A stretch of DNA of 64,000 nt. It comes from Marsupella aquatica (taxonomy: Eukaryota > Plantae > Marchantiophyta). The stretch's first letter is position 1. Every line of letters begins with the position of its first letter. Below are positions 41,655-51,340 of this stretch, piece after piece. Under the pieces are notes generated by a model. That model searched no databases, had not been told where the DNA came from, and saw only the letters and a program-made list of their open reading frames with translations. The stretch spans positions 24,495,538 through 24,559,537 of the forward strand of contig OZ316895.1 in NCBI GenBank assembly GCA_973895155.1. Reading direction: 5' to 3'. The translations under genes were made by a program, and so were the position numbers.

Positions 41655-42447
41655 CAAAGGGATTGAAGATGCATTTTTAGATGCATAGTTTTGCTAGATT
41701 CCAGAAAGTAACTGACGTTGGGATGGACACTATGTTGGACACAATCAGCCCCATGGAGGACATTTTGGTGGTCATGGCAGTTTGGGGCCCATAACATGAT
41801 GATGATGAGTACTAAAATAACTTTTAGCTCTGCACATGCAAGGCAACTAGCGAAGGAAACATGAAAAAACACAAGCTTAAAAATTTTATATTGACACGGA
41901 CAATGAAAATTATTAATCTAATAAATAATTCACCCCTCCACATTTGAGGATAAAAACTCAACCAAATTGGCTAAAAATTCAGTGTCATTTCATGAAAGCG
42001 TAGCTTACCTATTCCCCTAGTGTGTCCCCAAACTAAAAAAATTGATTTGATCAATATCAAGTTATTGTAATTAAATTCAAATGTGGTCCATGGGGGCTAG
42101 CTTCAAAGTCTCAGGTTCCACTTCCCAAAAACTTTTGGCCACTTTTGGCAAATTGAGCTAGATTGTTTTTATCTCATCAGCCAGTTTCCTTGTAGATCCC
42201 ATTTGCTAGAATCTAATGATCATCCATAAATGTAGAGAAATCTGACGGTCAGGAGTTTTTTTGGGAAAAACAGAGAAGGAATATTTGTAGCATCTTCTCA
42301 TTAACAGTGGTTGAGACTCGCCAAACTGGCTTAAAAATAAAAACCTCCCCAGCAAAGTTGACAGAGTCCCTTCTCTTACTTACAGACCTAGGCCATAAAG
42401 GTAGGTTTGTCTATAATAAAGTCCTGTTTGGAGGGCATTATGGAATA

Positions 42448-42850
42448 CTAGCCCAATGTCTCTTATGCGTTACACAAAAGATGTTGTGGTGAAAAAAGAT
42501 GTTGATGTATGAGAGAAAAAGATGCTGAGATGAGGGAAAAAAGTCAATGTGAGAAAAATATGTCAAGGGGACAAAAGATGTTGAGGTGGGAGAAAATAAT
42601 ATAAAGATGAGGAAAATATGTGGAGGGTGAGCGAAAGGTGTGGTCATGAGATAAAGATGTCATGGTGATAAAAAGATGGCGAGTTGAGAAAAATAAGATG
42701 TCGAGGGAGAAGACATGTCAAGGTGAGGAAAGGATGTCAACCCAAGTGAGAAAGGATCTCAAGGAGAGAAAAAGATATCAATGAGAGAAAAGTATGTCAA
42801 ACAGAGAAAGAAATGTCAAGGTAAGAGAAAGCTATAAGTAAGCAATACAC
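42448..42850 (-). mobile_element. Helitron 3' portion (5' end not found)
   Basis: Minus strand reads CAACATCTTTTGTGTAACGCATAAGAGACATTGGGCTAG|T, preceded by the same minisatellite (AAAGATGT on +). Confidence 0.65.
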
Positions 42851-43998
42851 AAAGTGAGTAGTTGAGAGAAAATGTTTTCAAGATGAAATGTTTCAAAATG
42901 GAAGTTTGTTGAAAGGAAAGTGTTGTGATTATGGAAAGATTGTAGTTTAATAGTAGATTTAGTAGTATTCTCAATCAAAACAATTACCATGACAAGATGG
43001 TTGAACAAGTGAAAATCTTTGCTGAGTAGAAATGGTATTACATGGAAGTGTTGTCATTTTGGAAGTTGTCATGATTTAAATGTTGCATTTGCATGTAATC
43101 AATATAGAAAGCAACACATGTACAGGTGGGGAGGGGAGGCAAAACTTGAGTGAAGGCTGAAAAATGATGATCAACAAAAGTTAGTGAGTGGAGAACAAAA
43201 TTGAAAAGAGAGGGAGGCAAGATGGGTAAGAATGTCCAACGGCATCATGGGGTCCAGGTGGGGTTGGGCGATGCCATATGGAAAGAGAAATCTTGATAGG
43301 GGCGTTGTGGTCTAGAACGCCCTAATACAAGGGGAAAAGTAGCCAAGGACATTAAGTATATCACGATTTACTAGTAAGGTCATAAATGTCTGGGCTCCCT
43401 TTGGATATATAGCATGTTCATCCTGGAATATGTCTCTTTTTTGTCCTGTAGTGATATGTAATTCATTTAAGTAGGTACATGTAAAGTATATGCACATAAA
43501 ATCACATTATGACCACAAAAGTACAAAGGTACTAAAGAGTTGAGTTGTGCACATTGAGTACAGATTTTCACTTGCTTCTAGGCAATGACATTCAACTAAA
43601 TTAAAAACATAAATTTTGCAAAGGAAATCATGAGGGGAACTTAGTACACCAGATGTGCACATTGTTCCAATTCATTTCTTACACTCTCATGAGAAAAAAG
43701 AGAATTCACTAAATAGTGATTGAAAAGTAAAGATTTGGGGAGCCAAATATATTCAAAATATTCTAGGTCAACCAAATTTAAGAGGGGTCCTAACGTTAAT
43801 TCAAAATCAAATTAATATAAATGATTTACCTTGTTAAGGCACATTAAATTCAAAATACTCGATAAAAATACTTGGCACAAAATATGAATGAGACGAAATC
43901 TCTGAAAGGTGTATCTCTCCATTTATGGCTACATCATTATTGGCCTGTCTTGGATACACTGTAGGAATTAGGGTGTCGGAGGTCACCAAGGAGCCCTT

Positions 43999-44353
43999 GA
44001 GCATCTCCACCGGGACTTGCAACCAGCCCCGTAACCTCCATTCCTGGGAAATAGCGGCTTTGTTTTCCGGAAATCAAGAACCTGTGTTTATGAATGTGTG
44101 CGATCTCCAAGCGCCTCTCTTCAATGCACGAGACTTGATGAGTCAATGCAAACCCGATGTTCCTTGGTGATTGTTTACTTTTCTTGGTGATTGTTTACTT
44201 GGGACGAACGTTGGCACAAAAATGCGGGCCCATGTTTGGGGGTGCCGGTGGGGAATTCCTAATTAAAGTTGGCCCCTAAACTATGGGGCCCGCAAATCGC
44301 CTGGCAAAATTTGCCAATAGCGATCACGTGCCCCTAAACTGGTGGAGATGCTC
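43999..44353. mobile_element. Tourist-like MITE upstream of NMD3/HAKAI
   Basis: Perfect 13-bp TIR GAGCATCTCCACC ... GGTGGAGATGCTC. No clean TSD. Confidence 0.6.
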
Positions 44354-44667
44354 GTTTAGTGGAATCGACCCAGAGGCAAATAGATGCACAGGGAGGAAGC
44401 AGAGGCATTTTGAATCGGAGCCGGTGAGCATGGTGCGGATATCTAGATCTGCTCGAGGAATTGATTGCGGAAGGAAGGATTGTCACTGTTCTGTACTGCT
44501 GGGATCATTGGTTGGTGGCTTGAGGAGCTGCCCAAGAGTTTAGAAGCTTGTGCAGCCATCGACGACGGAAGAGATGCTCGATAAATCGATAAACTGAAAC
44601 GGAATAGCTCAGGAAGGAAGAATGGTTTTTAGAACGGGATAAGTGTGGGAGAGCTGCTTCGGAGTTT

Positions 44668-44675
44668 TAGGGTTT
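44668..44675 (+). promoter_or_regulatory. Telo-box (TAGGGTTT) in the leader of the NMD3/HAKAI unit
   Basis: Exact reverse complement of AAACCCTA about 160 nt upstream of the NMD3 ATG, with a site-II-like GGGCCCA at 44226-44232. This combination is typical of plant ribosome-biogenesis promoters. Confidence 0.5.
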
Positions 44676-44835
44676 TGATATCGTGCTAGCTATTCATCTC
44701 TTGTTCGGGATTTCGCTGCAGATTCTGACGAGGGATTTTTGGAGCAGGAGTTGCTCAATACCTTCGGAATTTTGGCAGACATTATTGGGCTGATCGCCCC
44801 ATCGAGCGGCCGCGTCAGTCGCTATTGCGGGCGGA

Positions 44836-45017
44836 ATGGTAGTGGCGGATATGGTTACGGTCCAGCGCACTGCTGGGCGCGTGCTATGTTGCTTGTGTGG
44901 AGTATCCATGGCCTCGAATGCCGCGAACATGTGCGTTGCGTGCTTGCGATCTCAAGTTGATATCACGGAGGGACTACAGAAAGGTGTGCCAATTCTTTTC
45001 TGCCCCGAGTGCGCGAG
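44836..45017 (+). CDS. NMD3: N-terminal coding segment (first exon or uORF) of 60S ribosomal export protein NMD3; remainder not found in window
   Basis: MVVADMVTVQRTAGRVLCCLCGVSMASNAANMCVACLRSQVDITEGLQKGVPILFCPECAR matches the plant NMD3 N-terminus as I recall it (VLCCxCGxxMxxNAANMCVxCLRSxVDITEGLQK..xCPEC). All Cys are intact. Ends at AG|GTACTG, a putative phase-2 donor at 45018. Read unspliced, it stops at 45024. Confidence 0.88.
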
Positions 45018-45238
45018 GTACTGACGGACGGACGGACAACAATTTTGTTAGGGAGAGCCCTCACTTTGCTTGGTATCAGAAGTTCGCTGCCGTGCAATGT
45101 GCAATGCCTAATTCTGTTTTCTTAGAAAGGACATCTGATGAATGCAACGCGGGGCGAAGGTTGGCTAAATTGAATTAGGGCCCCAAGGAAGGCAGGAGAG
45201 AGGGTTTTGGGGGTTAACGAATTCTAGGGTTGGGAACG

Positions 45239-48032
45239 ATGGTTAATTTGACCATCAGGCTCAACTCTAAGGGGGGTTCCACTTCTGCAGCAGGGACGCC
45301 AATTGCCTCAGGTGGTACACCCGGCTTCATTACCGGTGCCACCAACTCGACCACTCCGAGGCTTGTTTGTGGACCACATTTGACGTTCTCTGACCTGCCT
45401 CTTGCTTCGGGAGTGGGATTGGTTACATCGGTTCATTCAGAGTCGACTGCCATGCCGGGGCTGGGCGTGAAGGTGCGCAGACAACCGGGCAACAAAGTAC
45501 ACTTTTGTGTTCGCTGCAACTTTCCAATTGCCATCTATGGCCGCCTCGTGAGTATCCAAGCAATCTATCCATCTGTACGATACTGAATGTGGTCGCCATT
45601 TTCATGTATTGTGGGTTCCTTTTATCCAACCTGTGCTGTAGTTGTCCGAGCAGAGAACCATGTTTGTTTTCAGCCTGCTCTACAGGCAACATAATTATCC
45701 TAAAGCATGATTTCGGTGATTCGGCATAAATTGTGCTGGGTGATTTGTTATGACATGAAATGCATTTCTCCCAGAGAAACCTACCAAGTCCGCTGTGGCC
45801 TGAGTTTTCTTTTAGTGAATTTTCGTAGTGAATATTGTAAATTCTGAAATTCTCTCCGGAGTTCTCTTTGGAATCAACACCGCGGAGAGCCTTTGTCCAA
45901 GGCTATGGTTAAATACTATCTCCTGATGGCCGACAATGCAATTCTATAGGCCACAAGCCATGCATTCATCTGATATCGGTACAGAATAGCAAGTGGGCAA
46001 ATTCTTCGCCACGAAGTTGATCGTTTGGGCCAAGCACCTTGGAACCAACAACCTTGCATTGTCCAGGTCCGTAACATGAAATATGCAAAGCTTTAGGGTT
46101 TTAGTCTCCATGCTCAAGACTTGGCATCGGACATGTAGGTCACAACTATCAACAACAACAGTTTTTCGTGGCTGTTAACATTGTTAGCTGGACTTGGTAC
46201 TTGTCTCACTTGGTAAGTGGATTCGTAGTGATGCTTTGAAGCGTGAAACATAGTGAATTTAGAGCCGCAAGGAAAGGATCACCTATGTTGTCTTCAAGAA
46301 TCTTTATGAACTGTGACGCAGGGGAAAAGTATCCACCCCAAATGCTCTTCTCCTGTATAGTTGTTGTGCTTCCAGCTCATACTGGTGATCAAATTGCCCT
46401 TAAAATTCGATGTTCATTCGATTGTGTGCAGGATCCTTGTGAGCACGTTTTCTGCTTGCTCTGTGCTAAGAAGGATATAAATTGCTACCTGTAAGTTTCT
46501 CCACATCGCTATTCAAAGGTGCATGACATGAACTTCTCTTCCGAGTTTTGGAATGAGACTCAAGGGACACTGAAAATTTTATTGTATGTGGGTGTGTGCC
46601 AAGGTGGTCAAAGATTGAGATATGGATTGTTTTAATGGAAAGATCCGAGTTATAGAGAGTGTGGACTGGAGAAAGGGTGTGTCTAAAGGTCGGTGGCGGG
46701 CGTCCTCAACGGCGCAATTTGTTCACATGCATCTCATTTGTTGATGTCAACCGTCCTTGCAGTTGTGAAGACAGAATTGTTCGCATACAGAAAATCGAGC
46801 TTTTGGATGGAATTTTTGTATGCGGCGCAGCTGGATGTTTACTTTCCTTTCTCTCGAAGCCCGAATTCGAATGGCATGTTAAAGATGCCCACCTCGATCT
46901 ACTACCTTCAAGGGAAGGACCGTCCAGTAAGCCTATCGATGGTCTTGAACCACATCACTCCTTCGGCCAGAGAGACCCTTCAACTTCTCCATCGGAGGAG
47001 TCGTTACCTCCGTCTCCTCCATCGAACACCTGGCGCCAGGCGAATTCAACACCTCGTGCTCCTTCACCAGGTCCTGAAAAGCAAGTTAAGCCTCAGGTGT
47101 CGGGTCCCTCACGGGACCAGTTGGAGCCGCCTTCTAAACGGAAAAAGCCAGAGCCACAACCTGGTGTCACAACACGGGAGAAAGAGAAGGAAAAAGATAG
47201 AGAGAGCCAAAAGCAAGGGCAGAAAGACAGACAGCATGGGCAAAGGGACAGAGACCAGTCGTTGAGGGAAAGAGAACCCTCCCAAAGAGATAGAGATAGG
47301 ACCAGGGAGCGAGATAAAGAAAGAGACCGGGAGAGGGACTCTCAAACACAGTCTAGTAGAGATAGAGACAGAGAATTGTGGGAGAAGCAGCAGCCACAGC
47401 AGCATATTCAGCAACAGCATCTCCAGCATCAAGGCAACACTCATTACCCACTGCCACCTCCTCCTCCGTTACCTCCTCCACCTTTTCAGTCGAACACGGC
47501 GCAGGCTCCGCCCAACCAGCAGGGAGGCACTCCCGGCCCTTATCCTCCCCAACCGTTTCCTCCCTTTCACCCCCAAGATAATCGAAATGCTGCAAGGTAT
47601 GACTTTCCCCGCCACACTCAGTTTCTTGACCCTCGCATGGCAGTTCCTCCAGATTATCAAGAAAACAATGCGGGAGGTCGTCATCCACAACAAGAGGGTG
47701 AGAGGGCAAGAAATATGCCTCATCAACAGCAAGAAGGATATGGTCCAGTCATGGACAGACAGGGGCTCATGGTTCCACATTTTCATGGAGAATTTGGGGC
47801 ACCACCTATGGGCATGATGATGGGGCATCAGGGTATGCAGGGAATGAATAGATTCCAGGATGGCGGTCATGGTGGTGGTCCCTTGCCTCCACCACCCAAG
47901 CGGGGTAACTTTGGCCCTGGGGGAGAATCTGGAATGGTCCATCCTCAACACATGTTTGGGTGGGGGGCTCCTGCCAATTTTGGTGGCGGTCCTGGCCATC
48001 CACAATTCATGAACTGGCAACCACCACAATGA
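45239..48032 (+). CDS. HAKAI: E3 ubiquitin ligase HAKAI (CBLL1 orthologue, m6A writer complex subunit); exons 45239-45547, 46432-46490, 46763-48032; 545 aa
   Basis: Plant HAKAI motifs: LTIRL; VCGPHLTFSDLPLASGVG; RING VHFCVRCNFPIAIYGRL|DPCEHVFCLLCAKKDINCYL|CEDRIVRIQKI; HYB zinc finger IFVCGAAGCLLSFL..FEWHVKDAH; then a low-complexity tail. Introns CTC|gtgagt..gtgcag|GAT and CT|gtaagt..ttgcag|T join in frame: 309+59+1270=1638 nt. Confidence 0.93.
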
Positions 48033-49971
48033 TCTTGTAAATTTTGCTCTTCTCAGCTTGTACTGAATGTATAAAATGTCTTCCATCGGGAGATTTTTGT
48101 TGTTCTTTTATTTTTTATTCCATTTAGAGGGAGGTCATAAATCCGTTTCCATCTCTCCTTAAGGCGGGTCTAATCATTGCAAGAGAAGAGTCGGTCTTAA
48201 ATCTTGGGGCTTGGACTAACGTTTAATTTTGAATTATGCTCTGGACTTGTTTTGAATGTGAAGTTCGGTGCCTAGCTGCGTGATAAGTATCCTGCCGTAT
48301 GTATACCCAACCCAATGTCTTAACTTTGACATTACCCGGATTCCTGACAGTTTTTCGTCGGTTGCAACTACGAAGGCAGATTTTTTGTAGGAGTTCAAGA
48401 GCTTGTAGCTTTCTAACAAAACAGATCCTCAATGCTTGGAAAGATCACGAGGCACTTCACTTGAGTTGCATTGTTATTGCATGTAAATTGGTCAGTGAAT
48501 GAATCTAGTTGTCAAACCGAAGCACGATTGTCAATCTGTACAAGCAGGGACAGTTTGGTATCAAATTTGACAAGTTCGGTACCAGAAAGGGCAAGTGTAA
48601 GACAAGTAGCAAGGCTCCCAGACACACGACAGTCTTTCCTTTAGTATGTTGCTGTACCGTTAGACTCAGCACCTTTTTTTTTTATGCAAATGTATTCCGT
48701 TCGGCATCCATCTGACCCTCTTCACATGAGCATCCAGCTCCCGTCAATTTCCTCCTGTGATTAGTTCTGATCACTCTAGTGGTAGGACTGCACTGCGTGC
48801 AATGCGGCGAAGAGAATGCTACTGTAACCGCTTTCAGCAAACTTTGTGATGGTAATGGAAATTCTTACATGGAAAGATCTACAGTGTCATATTTTAGCTC
48901 AGGTGAAGCGGCAATTAGTCGTTTCTACCTCTCCTGCTGAAGATGGCAAGGGATGAGGAAAAGATAGGCAAATATAAGTTAAGACAACGAAAAAGACAAG
49001 AGGCACAGGCAGACTTCAATTTTGACGTGGAGGCTCGAAATTGGACGTGTGGCTTGGCTCTCTAGAATTGCTTTATGACGTTTTCAAATTCGCATTGTAC
49101 TAATTACTAACCCACAGTTATACAATTTCTTGGAGGAAATGGATTTTGGAGCTGCTCTGTGGCCTAAGGTAATCGTCCTTCGAGTTACAGGCAAGTGCCG
49201 TGAAATTTGAACAGTTATGTATTACAACAGACGTGCTAGCTGTTTCATCGGTCATAATTTGGACGGGACTGCATGTGTTGTTTCACAGATTTGGGTCAGA
49301 ATCCTTGTACCTCATAATTAATAGGCAGGATAAAAAGTATTGGGACTCATGGCAGGTAACGTTGGCGCCTCAATCAGCGTGCCAACCAGTCCACCGCATT
49401 TTGTTTTCCAGCTGCAACTCCTTTGTTTTATCTCCATGTCAATACTCATTGTTCTTTGTACGTGGTATCCCTTAGCCACTGCTACCTTTCGGGTGGAATT
49501 GGGGCCGCCACCCTATTGCAAAATAATCTTCACAAGTAGAAAAGACTGGGCTACTGACAGGCATTCAGCCTGCTATTAGCTGGACGTTTTCTTCAGAGTG
49601 TGCCTCTGTCTAGGTTTTGAGCTTTTCTAAGAAATAGTACATTTTGAGCACCGCCTCTGTCTAGCTTTTCAGCTTTTCTAAGAAAGAGTACATTTTGAGA
49701 ACCTCTAATTAAACTGTGTCACTGATATTGGATACCTGGGGTTTTCCCCTTCTCTTCTCCCTATTACTTGGTCTCCTGACTTTTGGATGATCCAGATTGG
49801 GCCCATTTTATTAAGGCGTGTGATATATACATACCAATTTGGAATGTTGACTTGATGGTGTTCTGACCTCCTATCCAGATGTCCTTATGAGGCCATTTCC
49901 TGCTACTTTGCCAAGCTCACAATCTAGCAGGCTGGATGAAGAATTAATTTTGATGAAAGACAGGAACGTCA

Positions 49972-50155
49972 CAACTGTGCCCTTACATCATGTTTGTATA
50001 CTATAGGAATCCAGTTCTGGGTCTTACTATATCACATTGCATCTACAGCATGAGCTACACCTAACTGTGCCCCTACATCATGTTTGTATACTACTGGAAT
50101 CCAATTCTGAGTTTTACTATATCACATTGCATCTATAGCCTGAGCTACACCTAAG
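49972..50155. repeat. Tandem duplication, 2 x ~90 bp
   Basis: AACTGTGCCC.TACATCATGTTTGTATACTA..TGAGCTACACCTA occurs twice. Confidence 0.8.
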
Positions 50156-50283
50156 ACCACAATTACCCAAGAAATAGTCATGAGAGCTTATAGATGCAGA
50201 CAGTGCCTAATGTGTTGTAGTCCATGGTCAACCATCGACAGAAACAGTTCATTCAGTATTAGTGTCACAAATTACTTATATGA

Positions 50284-51340
50284 CTAGTCCAATGTACTCG
50301 TGTTGCACAAAAGATGTCAAGGTGACAAAAGATGTTGAGGACATAAATGCTATCAAAATGAACAGAAGATGCCGAGGTGATAAAAGATGTTGAAGAGAAA
50401 AACGTTGTCAAGATGAACAAAAGATATCAAAGGTGACAGAAAATGTCCAGGAGAGAAAATGAGTTCAGGGTGAGCAAGAGATGTCCAAGGGATAAAATAT
50501 GTCAAAGAGAGAAAAAAGATATCAAGACTGTAATAAAAGATATTAAGGTGAACAAAAGATGTTGAAGAGAAAATTGATGTCAAGATAAACAAAAGATGTC
50601 CAAGTGATAAAAGATGTCAAAGAAGAGAAAAAAGATGTCAAGGTGAACAAAAGATATCAAAGTGATAAAACATGTCAAGGAGATCAAAGAAAACCAGGTG
50701 AGCAAACGATAGATGTCCAAGTGATAAAAAATGTCCAAGAAGAGAAAAAAGATGTCAAGGTGAACAAAAGATATCAAGGTGATAAAACATGTCAAGGAGA
50801 TCAAAGATATCCAGGTGAGCAAACGATAGATGTCCAAGTAATAAAAGATGTCAAAGAACAGAAAAAAAGATGTCAAGGTGAACAAAAGATAGATGTCCAA
50901 GTGATAAAAAATGTCCAAGAAGAGAAAAAAGATGTCAAGGTGAACAAAAGATATCAAGGTGATAAAACATGTCAAGGAGATCAAAGATATCCAGGTGAGC
51001 AAACGATAGATGTCCAAGTAATAAAAGATGTCAAAGAAGAGAAAAAAAGATGTCAAGGTGAACAAAAGATATCAAGGTGATAAAACATGTCAAGGAGATC
51101 AAAGATGTCTAGGTGAGCAAGCAATAGATGTCCAGGTGATAAAAAAGGTTGAGTCTGAGAAAAAAACTTTCAAGGTAAGCAAAAGATGTTGAGGAGAGAA
51201 ATAGATGTTGAGATGAGAAAAAGATTTCAAGGAGAAAAATATGTCAAGGTGAACAAAAGATGCCAAGGTGAACAAAAAATGTTGAGGTGATAAAAGATGT
51301 ATATCAAGGTGAGAAAATATGTCAAAGAGAGAACATATGT
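50284..51340 (-). mobile_element. Helitron 3' portion with about 1 kb minisatellite (5' end not found)
   Basis: Minus strand reads GACATCTTTTGTGCAACACGAGTACATTGGACTAG|T. AAAGATGTCAAGG-type array on +. Confidence 0.72.

Noticed and set aside
44836-45547. In-frame NMD3-HAKAI fusion protein
   Set aside because: I tested acceptors at 45125, 45129 and 45227. All hit stops (45138; 45178 plus a later TAA; a TAA just after the HAKAI ATG in another frame) without joining the HAKAI reading frame.
47109-48086. Antisense ORFs up to 205 aa
   Set aside because: Shadow frames of the GC-rich low-complexity HAKAI exon, with no recognisable motifs.
50353-51080. Repetitive 158-161-aa ORFs on both strands
   Set aside because: These are translations of the Helitron minisatellite. 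The same applies to 21702-22569 and 42438-42647.
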